Shown: in pieces, positions 37,716 through 49,123 of the stretch
Layout of the letters: each line of letters starts with the position of its first letter
How positions within the stretch are numbered: position 1 is the first letter of the stretch
Origin: Bacilli bacterium
Lineage (GTDB): Bacteria > Bacillota_I > Bacilli_A > RFN20 > CAG-826
Reading direction: 5' to 3'
Assembly: GCA_035326105.1 (NCBI GenBank)
Contig: DAOKYO010000001.1
Span: forward strand, 200,405 to 264,404
Length of the DNA: 64,000 bases
Position numbers and translations under genes: made by a program
Notes under the pieces: generated by a model
What the model was told of the DNA's origin: nothing
The model's database searches: none
Seen by the model: only the letters and a program-made list of their open reading frames with translations

Positions 37716-39725
37716 TTACTCCTTCACTTCTCCTTTTTCATTATCGGTTGTCTTTTCTTCCGGCTTTTCCTCCGGCGGTAAATCGCCCTCACTTAAGCCC
37801 AAAGAATTGGGATTTGCTTCTTCGGCAGGAAGCACATGATTCTTCATTAGGTAATCGATTTGCTCCGCTGTTATCGTTTCGTTTGAAAGAAGTGTTTCCG
37901 CAATTAGCACGACGTCATCATGATGTTCCGTTAATATCTTGCGTGCTTTATCATGAGCGTCCTCAATAATCTTTCGAATAGCCTTATCAATTTCAACGGC
38001 CACTTCAGCCGAGAAATTTTTCTGCGAACTAGCATAATCACGGCCCAAGAAAACTGAGCCTGTGTCTTTTTCATATTGGATCGGTCCTAATGCCGACATT
38101 CCATATTCCGTTACCATTGAACGAGCAATTGTGGTTGCTACTTCAATATCATTGGCCGCGCCCGTCGAAACATCTTTAAAAAATAATTCCTCTGAAGTAC
38201 GGCCGCCTAAATAGCCGACGATTCGCGCTTCCAATTCGTTCTTTGTCATTAAGAAACGATCATCTTCCGGAGTCATCATTACATGTCCGCCCGTACGCCC
38301 GCGCGGAATAATTGTTATCTTCCGAACTTTATCCGAATAAGGTAGGAACAAACCGATAACTGCGTGTCCGGCCTCATGATATGCAACCACTTTACGCTCG
38401 TGTTCATTCATCCCTTTAGATGATTTAGCCGGTCCGGCAATCCGCCGATCAACCGCCTCATCAATATCCGCTAGGTATATCATATCTTCATCTTTACGAA
38501 TCGCCAGAATTGCAGCATCGTTCAAAATTGACTCGATATCCGCGCCGGAGAATCCCACTGTCCGCTGAGCTAAATTATTAAAATCAACATTGGGAGCAAT
38601 CTTCTTATTCCGGGCATGAACGCGGAAAATAGCGGCCCGTCCTTCACGGTCCGGTAAATCAACCGTAATTTTACGATCAAAACGCCCGGCCCGTAAAAGC
38701 GCCGGATCCAATACGTCTTCACGGTTCGTCGCCGCAATAACGATAATGCCTGAATTATCTTCAAATCCATCCATCTCAACTAATAATTGATTCAGGGTTT
38801 GTTCACGTTCATCGTTGCCACCGCCTAAACCGGCACCTCTTTGTCTGCCGACTGCATCCAACTCATCAATAAAGATTAAACATGGTGCGTTTTTCTTCGC
38901 TTGATGGAACATATCCCGTACACGGCCTGCGCCAACACCGACAAACATTTCGACAAAATCAGAGCCGGATATCGAGAAGAAAGGAACATGAGCTTCACCC
39001 GCAACTGCCTTGGCAAGCAAAGTTTTACCGGTTCCTGGAGGGCCGACCAAAAGTACGCCCTTAGGAATTTTAGCGCCAAACTTTGAATACTTTTTAGGTG
39101 TCTTTAAGTAATCAACCAATTCCATCATTTCGTTTTTTTCGGCATCACAGCCAGCGACATCAGCAAACTTAGTTTTTGAATCACTGACCATCCGGGCTCT
39201 TGATTTATTAAATTCAATTGCTTTGCTATTAGAATTGTTAACTGAACTCGACATTCTTGAAAATAAGAAGAATACTAAGACTACTGTCCCAACAAGAAGA
39301 ATAATGGTTGGTCCCCATGAATCCCACCAACTGGTTTTAAAAGCGTTGACAATTTGCCAACTAGACAAGGTTGTTTCATTTCTTAAAGCCTCAAGAACGA
39401 AATTATTATAGAAGGCATTATCAATAACTGCCGAAAAAGCTTGGTTATTTCCGTATACACCCTCAATATAAGTTACACTCGTCGTCGTGGTTGTTTTTAC
39501 TGAAGTAATATTGTTATCCGCAATAAAGGCTAAAATGTTACTCTGATCCTTTTGGGTTATCGTACTGTTGCTACCTTGAAAAACAATGTAGACAAAAAGA
39601 GCGATTACCACCGCCATGATAATATATGGCAATAGAAACGAGAGAACGCCTTTTCCTTTATTTTGGGGATTTTGCTGTTCGTTCATGTTAAACTCCTTTT
39701 TAGTGTTATTAATCAATAAGGCCAT
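37716..39725 (-). CDS. ftsH: ATP-dependent zinc metalloprotease FtsH
   Basis: Walker [22 protein letters not shown] region. Zinc motif HEAGHA. Two N-terminal TM helices. Confidence 0.95.
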   Translation of the reverse strand: MALLINNTKKEFNMNEQQNPQNKGKGVLSFLLPYIIMAVVIALFVYIVFQGSNSTITQKDQSNILAFIADNNITSVKTTTTTSVTYIEGVYGNNQAFSAVIDNAFYNNFVLEALRNETTLSSWQIVNAFKTSWWDSWGPTIILLVGTVVLVFFLFSRMSSSVNNSNSKAIEFNKSRARMVSDSKTKFADVAGCDAEKNEMMELVDYLKTPKKYSKFGAKIPKGVLLVGPPGTGKTLLAKAVAGEAHVPFFSISGSDFVEMFVGVGAGRVRDMFHQAKKNAPCLIFIDELDAVGRQRGAGLGGGNDEREQTLNQLLVEMDGFEDNSGIIVIAATNREDVLDPALLRAGRFDRKITVDLPDREGRAAIFRVHARNKKIAPNVDFNNLAQRTVGFSGADIESILNDAAILAIRKDEDMIYLADIDEAVDRRIAGPAKSSKGMNEHERKVVAYHEAGHAVIGLFLPYSDKVRKITIIPRGRTGGHVMMTPEDDRFLMTKNELEARIVGYLGGRTSEELFFKDVSTGAANDIEVATTIARSMVTEYGMSALGPIQYEKDTGSVFLGRDYASSQKNFSAEVAVEIDKAIRKIIEDAHDKARKILTEHHDDVVLIAETLLSNETITAEQIDYLMKNHVLPAEEANPNSLGLSEGDLPPEEKPEEKTTDNEKGEVKE

Positions 39726-39769
39726 TTACCTGACACTTAAAGAAAACTACCCCGATGGTAGATAATCCA

Positions 39770-39798
39770 ATTATACAAACTTCGCCCTTTATTCACAA
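39770..39798 (-). promoter_or_regulatory. Candidate ftsH promoter
   Basis: On the minus strand: TTGTGA, a 17-nt spacer, then TGTATAAT (extended -10). The 5'UTR contains a short hairpin CTACC-ATCGG-GGTAG followed by TTTTCTTT. Confidence 0.4.
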
Positions 39799-39989
39799 CG
39801 GCAACACACTATATTTTATGCCTTCATCGATATAAAAACGCACTTTTTTCACACAAAGTTAAAATATTCATATCTTTGTCATTGCCAAAACCATATATGG
39901 CAAAAAATAATAAGTATTGATTTTTTAGAAAAAATCATTAACTCATTTTTGTTCGTCGACCGCCAACTATTTGCCGTTGAAGTTGCCAT

Positions 39990-40030
39990 TACAAAAAAAC
40001 CGGTTTTAAAAAACTGACCGGTTTTTCAAC
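39990..40030. terminator. Bidirectional terminator between the S8 protease gene and the ftsH promoter
   Basis: AAAACCGGT ... ACCGGTTTT 9-bp stem, itself palindromic, with an A-run upstream and a T-run downstream on both strands. Confidence 0.55.
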
Positions 40031-40058
40031 AATTCATATCGTTTTTAGTTTAGTACAA

Positions 40059-43000
40059 CTAATGGTATCGGCGTTTTTTGCTATAAAGACCGACGACTAC
40101 AAATCCTACCGATATTAAAACCATCAAAAACATAATATTCGAGTTGGCTGGCGATTCAGTTATAATTTTTCCCGTCGATGAAGAATCATCGTATACAAAA
40201 TCATCGTAATTATAGGTACCGAGAATTATGTTGTATCGCGCTAGTAATTGCTCAAAAGCTGTTGATGATTTAATTAACGCTTTTGCTTCCAAAGTCATTG
40301 CTTGATACTCAACCTGTAAAGTATGCCAAGTTTCCGTTTGCACATTGGCGGCCGCACATTCCACACCCGTTAAATTCATAAAATAATCGGCATAAGCTGC
40401 GGCTTGTTCTTCGGGGGTAAACTGTAAAACCATTCCCGATTGGTAGGTGATAGTAATGTTTGCCTGAAGATTCTTATTTGACACATCCAAACGGAAGAAA
40501 CTTGATTCTGCTGGCGCATTCACTGTCGTAGAAGTGTTTTCCGACGAAGATGTTATCGATTGAGTAATACTTATGCCACTGGTGGAAGAAATGGCACTTG
40601 AAGCAAAACGAATGTCCTGATGAGAACTGGCCGATCCTCCATCCAAATAATTAAACTCAATGGTTTGAATATTACCTAAATCATTAGTGTTGTATATATA
40701 GCCGTCAGTATAAATAAAGAGATTACCTGCGCTCTGCCTTAAACCCTTGGCATTAAAAACCATGTCTTGGGCTTTTATTCCCGAATAAGTAGTTCCAGTT
40801 GTTGTCAAGGTTATGTCAAAAGCATCCGCGGTTAAAGCAATTTCGCCATTAGTCACTTCCCCTCCATTTGTTGAGCCGACATTAGTAACTGTGATTTCAA
40901 CTGTTTCCCTCTGCTCAAGATAACCGAACACTAATGTGCTTCTTCCTAGAATCGAAGTTCCGCCACTAGTAACGGTCAAATCATATCCATCCAAATATGT
41001 AATTTCTCCTTTGGAATTACGATATGTCGCGCTCAGGTGTCCCAAATCTAATGTTTCTTTAAAAGTGTAATTGACTTTAAAGTCATCTTTTTGGAGTGTC
41101 AATAGAGGCTCGTAAGTAATTGGAACATTGACGGTTAAAGTCAAACTATCCGTATAACTGCCATCAGCGGTGGTTACGGTAATAACGCTTGTTCCTTGCT
41201 TGTGAGCGCTAATTAAACCGCTAGAGGAAATAGTTGCCACTTCCTCATCACTGCTAGAAAAATCAACATTCTTATTTGTGGCATCGAGGGGTAAAACTTC
41301 ATAAATAACTTGCTGCGTCTCTCCCTCAACTAAACTAATACTCTCACTTTGAAAAGTCACTCCGGTAACTTCAATTGGTGCTTCAACTACTTCTTGATAT
41401 TCAATATCAATATCACAAATATAAATACTATTAGTTGTTGTTTTGACCTCAATTTGAATGTATCCATCATCAATGTCTTTAGGAATATATGCACTCGTGT
41501 CGCGTTTAGTTGTTCCACCAGTTGTCGTTACAGAATATGTTCCAACCAAAACACGATTACTTATCGCGCTAGCCGTAGTTCCATCCAACAAGTATACGCT
41601 TATGCTGCCTGCGCCCTTACTAGAGTTAGTGGCATATCCGATCGTCAACGATTGAATATTGTTAAAACTATGAGGTGAAATGGCGCTTGCGTCAGTAGTT
41701 CCGGTTGTTACCTGGACTCCTGAATTGCCGTAGCCATTACCATTCTTCACACTCTGCCAATTCTCTGGCATCGCTCCCCAATTTAAAGAGGAAAAAGAAT
41801 AGGTCTTGTTTACTTCATTATAATTGCTTACATTGACAGCAATTGAAGCGCTGGCTGTTCCAATTTTTGCGCTTACCGTTATCGTGGCACTGCCGACGGA
41901 AAGCCCGCTGATTACTCCGGTCTCACTTACCGATGCGATATTTGAATCACTGCTCGCAAATGAAAGATCACTTAAAAGCGCATTTTCAGGGCTCAGTGTC
42001 AGTGCCAAAGTGTGGCTGCTGTTTACTGCTATGTCGACATTATCTTCATCTATAACAATGCTATCAACGTTAAGATTCTCATCGGATCCCATGACCGTTA
42101 TGTCAATTTCATCTTCAAAACTACCGTCATCAGTCAGTACTCCAATTTGAGTTGTTCCCACACCCGCAGCAGTTACAATACCACTGTTTTCATCAACAAT
42201 AGCAACGCTTTCGTCATTTGAAATATATATAACATCTTTGTTGGTTGCATTTGATGGCAATACACTGGCCACAACTGTCGCGGATTCTCCTACCCTTAAA
42301 ACCAAATTCGACGGACTTAAAGTTACCCCCGTTACTGGGATATCATCAGTAACTAATAAATTGGTTAAATCCAATCTTCCATATCCATAGGTAGGGTCAT
42401 TACCAACTGCTCCCAAATCAAAAACGCTTTCTTTTAACCGGTTTTCAATTTGAGCTGGCGTTGCACCGGAATCTTTTCCTTTGTAAAGGGCAACCGCGCT
42501 AGCAACAATTGGTGAAGCGAAAGATGTTCCCTGAGTTTCAACGTAACTTGTTGATGATCCAATATCAGCAACATAAACCGAGCCTGGGGCGACTAAATCA
42601 ACATTGTTTGTTCCATAATTAGAGTAGGAAGCAATTGTTGTACTCGAATTTCGGCTTAAAGCACCCACACCAATAACATGATTGTTGCTGGCGGGATAAG
42701 AACTTTTATTTGTTTTTTCGTTTCCGGCGGCAGCAACCAATGTCACCCCTTTATTGTAAGCATAGTCAATCGATGCCTGAAAATATGTGTCTGCTCCTGA
42801 TATTCCTTCTTGACGATCACCAAAACCATCAGTAAATGTTTCAGCATAAGCTCCAATTGACATATTAATCACATCGGCGCCATTATCCGCAGCATAACGA
42901 ATTGCACGATCTATTTCGGTAAAGTAATAATTTGTTTTTAAAATCATCAAATTAACATTCGGGGATACCCCAGCCGTGCCAACACCATTTACCATCGCCC

Positions 43001-43463
43001 CAATTGTTCCTGCGACATTTGTGCCGTGCCCATTATCCAATGGGTCTTCAATTATAGAGCGGCCGTAGGTGGCAATTTTTTGAATCTTAATATTTGAATA
43101 GGTTGATCCCGTTTCTTCAATATATGCTGAGGTATCTAAGATGTTCGTATTGCTGCCATCAAAAAAATCAACATGCGAAGTGTTTAATCCTGAATCAATA
43201 ATTGCGACTGTAACCCCATCCCCGCGATAAGTATCATAGATTGTTCCGCGATTCAAATGGTTAAAATGGAACTGTTTAGAAAAAGACGGCTCCGAACTTA
43301 TCAAACGCGAGAAATCATCGGCAGAAACTTGCGATGTTGTCTCCACCGGTTTAACTTTAGCAGTTATAAATGGGTCCTTCTCCGGATTTCCCCAATTGCA
43401 AAAGGAAATGGCTATAGGAATCATAAGTATAGTAGCAAACTTCATCAATCCAATTTTTTTCAT
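40059..43463 (-). CDS. Cell-envelope-associated subtilisin-like serine protease (peptidase S8) with three Big_2 Ig-like domains and a C-terminal membrane/wall anchor
   Basis: Catalytic triad motifs AIIDSGLNTSHVDF (Asp), HGTNVAGTIGA (His) and GTSFASPIVAS (Ser). A signal/lipobox-like N-terminus from the ATG at 43463 (MKKIGLMKFATILMIPIAISFC). Three VTGVT...ATNK... Big_2 repeats. A C-terminal TM helix plus a KKRRYH basic tail. Confidence 0.85.
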   Translation of the reverse strand: MKKIGLMKFATILMIPIAISFCNWGNPEKDPFITAKVKPVETTSQVSADDFSRLISSEPSFSKQFHFNHLNRGTIYDTYRGDGVTVAIIDSGLNTSHVDFFDGSNTNILDTSAYIEETGSTYSNIKIQKIATYGRSIIEDPLDNGHGTNVAGTIGAMVNGVGTAGVSPNVNLMILKTNYYFTEIDRAIRYAADNGADVINMSIGAYAETFTDGFGDRQEGISGADTYFQASIDYAYNKGVTLVAAAGNEKTNKSSYPASNNHVIGVGALSRNSSTTIASYSNYGTNNVDLVAPGSVYVADIGSSTSYVETQGTSFASPIVASAVALYKGKDSGATPAQIENRLKESVFDLGAVGNDPTYGYGRLDLTNLLVTDDIPVTGVTLSPSNLVLRVGESATVVASVLPSNATNKDVIYISNDESVAIVDENSGIVTAAGVGTTQIGVLTDDGSFEDEIDITVMGSDENLNVDSIVIDEDNVDIAVNSSHTLALTLSPENALLSDLSFASSDSNIASVSETGVISGLSVGSATITVSAKIGTASASIAVNVSNYNEVNKTYSFSSLNWGAMPENWQSVKNGNGYGNSGVQVTTGTTDASAISPHSFNNIQSLTIGYATNSSKGAGSISVYLLDGTTASAISNRVLVGTYSVTTTGGTTKRDTSAYIPKDIDDGYIQIEVKTTTNSIYICDIDIEYQEVVEAPIEVTGVTFQSESISLVEGETQQVIYEVLPLDATNKNVDFSSSDEEVATISSSGLISAHKQGTSVITVTTADGSYTDSLTLTVNVPITYEPLLTLQKDDFKVNYTFKETLDLGHLSATYRNSKGEITYLDGYDLTVTSGGTSILGRSTLVFGYLEQRETVEITVTNVGSTNGGEVTNGEIALTADAFDITLTTTGTTYSGIKAQDMVFNAKGLRQSAGNLFIYTDGYIYNTNDLGNIQTIEFNYLDGGSASSHQDIRFASSAISSTSGISITQSITSSSENTSTTVNAPAESSFFRLDVSNKNLQANITITYQSGMVLQFTPEEQAAAYADYFMNLTGVECAAANVQTETWHTLQVEYQAMTLEAKALIKSSTAFEQLLARYNIILGTYNYDDFVYDDSSSTGKIITESPANSNIMFLMVLISVGFVVVGLYSKKRRYH

Positions 43464-43578
43464 ATAAAATCCCTGTTTTTTGAATTTTACCACGAAAGAA
43501 AACATTATTGCCACTTATTTCATTGCCAAAAAACAACCGATGAATACATTGTTTTATTATCCAGAAAAAAAGTCAAAT

Positions 43579-44811
43579 TTAGTTTAACAAAACATCCAAT
43601 GTCGAATTGGATTCCCCGCTATATTGAGAACGAAAACGAGGAATGAAGATTACTTTCCCCTTGCAATCAACAAATAGTGGCCATTGTAGACGAAGATGAT
43701 AAGGGACCTTCCAATCAATAAATAACCTTTTCACTGATTTACGCTTGTTTCCAATGTAATAAAAGTCGTTATTTCTTATCGATCTTATGGTTAGAGGATA
43801 GGAAGATAAGGGAAACTGAAGTCTCTTATCCAAACTATCAAAATTGACATTCAATTGAGGAAAATGGTACTCCCCCGGTTTTTCAATTGTATACGCGTAG
43901 GGTTTTAATTCACTGTCGCGGTATATAAGTACGTAATCATATTCTTTAGCGAGATAATAATCATTTAATAGACACCGACGAACATTAGGCTTTCTAGAAA
44001 CAATAAAATTTTCCAACTGACGCATTAGTTTAGATGAAAATTTCTTTTCTAATTTGTACTTTGCTAAGAGAAAATATAAAAAACCTGATTTTTGCTCTTC
44101 AGTTAATTTTAGCAATACTTTGATTGAATACTTATGCCCATCGATAAGCTGTCCGTCAGCAAACAGAAACTCTTGCTCCCTTTGCAGGTTAAGTTGATTA
44201 ATTGTGGCAATTAATTCTTTTTTCCCCTTGCTTGTCATCTTCGCCACTACCTTATGCCGTATATAGTTACGGGTGTAGCGCAGATCAAAATTGCTTTTAT
44301 CGATTGCAAAAGGAATTTTGTTTATTAAGTCATAATCAAGAAGTTGCTTTTTGGAAAAAGCAAGTAACGGCCGAATGACCCGGACTTTGTCAATGATTGT
44401 TTCGGCTCGAATTCCATAATAGGAAAGATATTTTTGACGCTTAGTTTGCATCAAATAAGTCTCCAGCAAATCGTCTTGATGATGGGCTGTTAAAACCGCA
44501 TATAACTCACTGTTTTGAATGATAAGCTGAGAAAAAAACTGATAGCGAACGCTTCGTGCTTGGGCTTCAAAATTACCGGTAAACGCCTCGCCGTCCACAT
44601 CCAATCGGTGAAATTTCAGTCCATGCGCTTCCGCGTAACGAAAAAGAGCCGCGCTTTCTTCATCCGCCTCTGGTTCTCGAACATGATAATTTACATGGGC
44701 AATCTCAAATCGATAGCCTCCTTTTAAAAGCAAACTCAAAAGAGCCATTGAATCTGGTCCATAGCTAGCGGCCAAAAGATATTTTTTACTCTTGTCCAGT
44801 TGAATTTCCAT
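43579..44811 (-). CDS. tilS: tRNA(Ile)-lysidine synthetase
   Basis: PP-loop variant SYGPDSMALL at the N-terminus. The size and its position downstream of mfd and upstream of ftsH match Bacillus synteny. Confidence 0.85.
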   Translation of the reverse strand: MEIQLDKSKKYLLAASYGPDSMALLSLLLKGGYRFEIAHVNYHVREPEADEESAALFRYAEAHGLKFHRLDVDGEAFTGNFEAQARSVRYQFFSQLIIQNSELYAVLTAHHQDDLLETYLMQTKRQKYLSYYGIRAETIIDKVRVIRPLLAFSKKQLLDYDLINKIPFAIDKSNFDLRYTRNYIRHKVVAKMTSKGKKELIATINQLNLQREQEFLFADGQLIDGHKYSIKVLLKLTEEQKSGFLYFLLAKYKLEKKFSSKLMRQLENFIVSRKPNVRRCLLNDYYLAKEYDYVLIYRDSELKPYAYTIEKPGEYHFPQLNVNFDSLDKRLQFPLSSYPLTIRSIRNNDFYYIGNKRKSVKRLFIDWKVPYHLRLQWPLFVDCKGKVIFIPRFRSQYSGESNSTLDVLLN

Positions 44812-45070
44812 CAGTTTCTATTACCTTGTCTTCCAAAATACGATATAAATCTCCGGCACTTTTTCTTGTCGGAGTATCGGCTGTATCGATAACTTCTATC
44901 GTCAACAAATGCCGGCCGAGACGAATGTGAATTATATCGCCGATTTTGATTTCACTGGCTGGCTTTGCCTTGTGCTCATTGACATCGGCCAAACCATGTT
45001 CCAGCACTTCCTTGGCGATGGTCCTCCGCTTGATAAGTCGGCTAACTTTTAAAAATTTATCCAATCGCAT
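44786..45070 (-). CDS. S4-domain RNA-binding protein (YabO/Hsp15-like)
   Basis: MRLDKFLKVSRLIKRRTIAKEVLEHG is a classic S4 domain. It follows mfd as yabO does in Bacillus. Confidence 0.7.
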   Translation of the reverse strand: MRLDKFLKVSRLIKRRTIAKEVLEHGLADVNEHKAKPASEIKIGDIIHIRLGRHLLTIEVIDTADTPTRKSAGDLYRILEDKVIETDGNSTGQE

Positions 45071-45071
45071 A

Positions 45072-48000
45072 TTATTCACTTTCCTTTGCCTGATATTCAA
45101 TATAAACATGCTTTACAATTTCAATCAATTTCTCATAGTTTGTAAGCCAATCACCATCTTTTAATAATTGAATCCGCAGTTCCCGGCTGGCATAACGGAA
45201 CCGCAAAACTTTCGATAGCGGAATAAGCGCCTGAAATAAAGCGGTCCCAATGCCATTTATTTGATTGTATTTATCCGATAATTTGATTGTCACTTGACTA
45301 CTGCCATCTACGATCTCACTAAACTCTTCCCCCTGCAGATCGATATCAAGCGCCCGTTTCCGCAAAAGCTTTTCAACCTCTTCCGGTAGGCGTCCGTATA
45401 TGTCACGGATTTCCGAACCTATTCTTGATAAATCTTCGCGCTTCTTTGCATTTTCAATATCTTGATATAATTCAATTTTATCGGAAGCATTTGCATAGTC
45501 CGCGGGTATATAGGCATCTATAGCAAGTGCTGGTGCCGGTTTAATCGGTATTTCTTCCACTATCCGACCGGTCTTTTTTTCTTCAATTGCTTGGTTGAGC
45601 AACTTGATATACATATCGATTCCGACCGTATCAATAAACCCGGCCTGTTCCGGTCCCAAAAGGTCACCCGCTCCACGTATCATCAGATCGCGTTGAGCAA
45701 TTTTATACCCACTGCCTAATTCCGTAAAATCCTCAATGGCTTTAAGCCGCTTGCGGGCAGCATCATTCATCTTCCGTTTACTATTATAAAGTAAATATGC
45801 GTAAGCAATGCGATTACCTCGGCCAACTCGTCCTTTTATTTGATAGAGTTGGGCTAAGCCGAAGTTCTCGGCATTTTCAACAATAATCATGTTGGCATTA
45901 GGAACGTCTATACCATTCTCAACAATTGATGTACAGACCAAAAGATTTATTTCACCATTATAGAAACGCATCATCGTATCTTCTATCGAATCCTTATCCA
46001 TTTTCCCGTGCACAACGCCGATTACGGCCTTGGGTATCATCCGCTGCAAGCGGTTGGCAACATTAAAAATGGTCGCCACTTGATTATGCAAATAAAAAAC
46101 TTGTCCGTAACGGGCTAATTCGCGTTCAATCAATTCCTTAACAACGTTTTCTTTATACTCCAAAACATAAGTTTGGATTGGCATCCGATTTTCCGGAGGA
46201 GTGTTGATTTCCGAAAGAGACCGAATTCCCACCAATGACATTTGTAAGGTTCGGGGAATCGGCGTTGCCGAAAGAGTGAGAATGTCGATATTATTCTTCA
46301 TTTCTTTGATTCGTTCCTTTTGCTCAACCCCAAATCGTTGCTCTTCATCAACAATTAAAAGTCCTAGCTTTTGAAACCGAATTTCTTTGCTGAGCAGACG
46401 ATGTGTGCCGATGACTAAATCAATTTCTCCGCGTTCTATTTGTTTGATATAGTCTTTTTGAATACTCTCGGGAATTAGCCGCGAAAAAATAGCGATTCTT
46501 ATACCAAATGATTGGTATCGAAGAAGCGCGTTTTCATAATGTTGACGCGCCAAAAGCGTAGTCGGACATAAAAAAGCCACCTGATAACCTGCATTGATTG
46601 CCTTAAACGCCGCCCGGAAAGCAATTTCAGTTTTTCCAAAGCCGACATCTCCGCACAGCAGGCGATCCATCGGTTTATCACTTTCCATATCCGTTTTAAT
46701 TTCCTGATAGCTCTTTTTTTGATCCGCGGTTAACTCGAAAGGAAATTCCTTTTCAAATGCCACATTCATTTCGTCATCGACAGGAAAAGAAATTCCTCTT
46801 GCTTGATAGCGAGAACTATATAAAGTAATCAGCTTATCGGCAATGTCATTCACCCGTTCGCGAATCCGCTTTTTAGTTTTTTCCCATTCACTGGAATTTA
46901 AATGATTTAATTTCGGGGCTACGCCTTCGCGCCCGGAAAATTTTCGCACCAGCCGAAATTGCGATAGCGGAACATAAAGTGCGTCCGTACCCGCATAGGC
47001 AATATGGAGAAAATCTTGATGGACACCATCCACTTCTAATGTCTTAATCTCAAGAAATTTTCCAATTCCGTTATATTCATGAACCACATAGTCGCCTGGA
47101 TTTAAATCTTCATAAGATCGAAGAATCGTCGCTTCCTTATAACGCGACATAAAGCGTGAATTATGCTTTTGAACGCCAAAAATCTCTTTGCTGGAGATAA
47201 ATACGATTCGCTCGTCGACAATTTCAAACCCGGCCTCTAAATTATATAAATTTATTCCCACTCCCTTTTCGGGAAGCGCCAACTCTGCCCCTAAGGAATA
47301 AGGAATTTTCTTTTCTTCAAGCGCAGATTTTAATAAATTAACTTGATTGGCACTCGCTAAAGTCAAAACCACCCGAAAATCGTTTCTAATATAACTTTCC
47401 ACCAATCCTAGGGCCAATTTTAAATTACCATATTGTCCTAGAAGCGGCCGAACATTAAAAATGATTTCATTTTCCTTTTCATGGTGTTCATGAAGGCTAA
47501 TCATTCCACTGCCTTTAGAATAAACGCCCGTCATTGATTGATATAATCCTAAATGCGATATAGTTCTGCCTTCTTTATGGAGTTCATCAAGAAAGTTTAA
47601 GGCTTCGGTGGCCAAAAGAATTTCCGAATCTTGATTTTGATCGCGATTACTCAAAACAATTGTCGCCTGAGGGCGATAATCGGGAAGTGAAAAATATTTA
47701 TCTTGAAGAAAAGCCATATATTTATACAAACTTGCCCGATAATCAAAATGTTGTAATCGATCAATATCTTCTTTAACGGCTTCTTTAAACTCCAGCATCG
47801 TCTGCGGTGTAAAGTGAGTCTTATCTTCATTCATTTGAAAAGTGATTTTTGCTTCTATTTGATTCCTTTCCTCCAAAGATAACAACAAATCACTTCCGGG
47901 AATCATAATCGCTTCATCAATCTCTTCATAACTTGTCTGCGTGGCTATATCAAAATAACGAATGCTTTCTACCTCGTCATCAAAAAACTCAATCCGAACT

Positions 48001-48557
48001 GGCGCCGGGGCATTGACTGAATAAATATCGAGAATGTCTCCCCGAATAGCGAATTGCAAACTTTGGTCAATTTTATTTACCCGTAAATAACCTGCTTCCA
48101 CGAGAGTGCTTTTAACATCTTCAAGGTTAAGATTCATGCCTTTTTTTATTGCTAAAATATGATTCTTAAACAGTTTGGGGTCCGGCAAATAACGAAGAAA
48201 AGCAGAAAGATTTGCCACAACAATATGCGGACTGACATCATCAAGTAATTTTTCCAAAACATATAATCGCTGCGAAAGCATCTCTTTGCTCGCCGCTAAA
48301 GACTCAGAACGGAGCATCTCATCGGCGGGGAAAAACAGGCAGCTGTCTTCACCGATAAAGGAAGAAATATAGTCATAGATGCTTTGGGCACTGTAAAGAT
48401 TTGGGGCTACCACAATATAGTCTTTGGGCTTTTTCTGAAAACTAACCGCGATTAAAAGGGCGGCTCCGATGGAATCATCAACCACCAAAGATCCGCTTTT
48501 TTTTAAAAAGCTTTCAACTGCTTTATTATTGGCTAAGTAAGGAAATAAATCTTCCAA
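45072..48557 (-). CDS. mfd: Transcription-repair coupling factor Mfd
   Basis: 1161 aa. Helicase motifs LLCGDVGFGKTEIA and DEEQRFGV. The domain order is UvrB-like N-terminus, RNAP-interaction domain, translocase. Confidence 0.95.
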   Translation of the reverse strand: MEDLFPYLANNKAVESFLKKSGSLVVDDSIGAALLIAVSFQKKPKDYIVVAPNLYSAQSIYDYISSFIGEDSCLFFPADEMLRSESLAASKEMLSQRLYVLEKLLDDVSPHIVVANLSAFLRYLPDPKLFKNHILAIKKGMNLNLEDVKSTLVEAGYLRVNKIDQSLQFAIRGDILDIYSVNAPAPVRIEFFDDEVESIRYFDIATQTSYEEIDEAIMIPGSDLLLSLEERNQIEAKITFQMNEDKTHFTPQTMLEFKEAVKEDIDRLQHFDYRASLYKYMAFLQDKYFSLPDYRPQATIVLSNRDQNQDSEILLATEALNFLDELHKEGRTISHLGLYQSMTGVYSKGSGMISLHEHHEKENEIIFNVRPLLGQYGNLKLALGLVESYIRNDFRVVLTLASANQVNLLKSALEEKKIPYSLGAELALPEKGVGINLYNLEAGFEIVDERIVFISSKEIFGVQKHNSRFMSRYKEATILRSYEDLNPGDYVVHEYNGIGKFLEIKTLEVDGVHQDFLHIAYAGTDALYVPLSQFRLVRKFSGREGVAPKLNHLNSSEWEKTKKRIRERVNDIADKLITLYSSRYQARGISFPVDDEMNVAFEKEFPFELTADQKKSYQEIKTDMESDKPMDRLLCGDVGFGKTEIAFRAAFKAINAGYQVAFLCPTTLLARQHYENALLRYQSFGIRIAIFSRLIPESIQKDYIKQIERGEIDLVIGTHRLLSKEIRFQKLGLLIVDEEQRFGVEQKERIKEMKNNIDILTLSATPIPRTLQMSLVGIRSLSEINTPPENRMPIQTYVLEYKENVVKELIERELARYGQVFYLHNQVATIFNVANRLQRMIPKAVIGVVHGKMDKDSIEDTMMRFYNGEINLLVCTSIVENGIDVPNANMIIVENAENFGLAQLYQIKGRVGRGNRIAYAYLLYNSKRKMNDAARKRLKAIEDFTELGSGYKIAQRDLMIRGAGDLLGPEQAGFIDTVGIDMYIKLLNQAIEEKKTGRIVEEIPIKPAPALAIDAYIPADYANASDKIELYQDIENAKKREDLSRIGSEIRDIYGRLPEEVEKLLRKRALDIDLQGEEFSEIVDGSSQVTIKLSDKYNQINGIGTALFQALIPLSKVLRFRYASRELRIQLLKDGDWLTNYEKLIEIVKHVYIEYQAKESE

Positions 48558-48568
48558 AATAACAACCT

Positions 48569-49123
48569 CTAGTTAAATTTGCTCATCGCGTGATGAAAAT
48601 CGTGTTCAATCGTCTCACGAATCGCAGCTGCAACATTATCAAGGGCCAATTGAATCTTGACGGTGTCCGCCGCATCCGGTCTTCCTAAAACATAGTTAAC
48701 CGCATCCTTCTGAGGCGGCTCTCCAATTCCAACGCGAATCCGATGAATGTCTTCCGTGTGCAGCAAGTCGATGATATTCTGTATTCCTTTTTGTCCGCCG
48801 CTCGAGCCACTATCCCGTAAACGAATTTTTCCGGGATTTAAGGCCATATCATCAAAAATAACGATTATATCCTCTAAAGGGATGCGAAAGTAATTGACAA
48901 TAAGAATAACCGCCTCGCCTGAGAGATTCATAAATGTTTGAGGCTTAAAAAGAATAACGTCTTCATTAAGAATTTTTCCTCTCCCATAAACTCCCTTAAA
49001 GTCTTCTTTATCGACATCTATCCGCCAAATATCCGCTAAAAGGTCAACGGCCATAAAGCCCATATTGTGCCTTGTCTTAGCGTATTTATTACCTGGATTT
49101 CCTAACCCAACAATCAATTTCAT
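48569..49123 (-). CDS. pth: Peptidyl-tRNA hydrolase
   Basis: MKLIVGLGNPGNKYAKTRHN. The ATG is preceded by a GTGAGG RBS. Confidence 0.95.
   Translation of the reverse strand: MKLIVGLGNPGNKYAKTRHNMGFMAVDLLADIWRIDVDKEDFKGVYGRGKILNEDVILFKPQTFMNLSGEAVILIVNYFRIPLEDIIVIFDDMALNPGKIRLRDSGSSGGQKGIQNIIDLLHTEDIHRIRVGIGEPPQKDAVNYVLGRPDAADTVKIQLALDNVAAAIRETIEHDFHHAMSKFN

Noticed and set aside
40059-43514. Numerous plus-strand ORFs (60-170 aa) inside the protease, gyrB, gyrA, ftsH, dnaN, ABC and fucI-like genes
   Set aside because: They are antisense or out of frame within strongly supported long CDSs, have no RBS and no recognisable domains. They are typical shadow ORFs.
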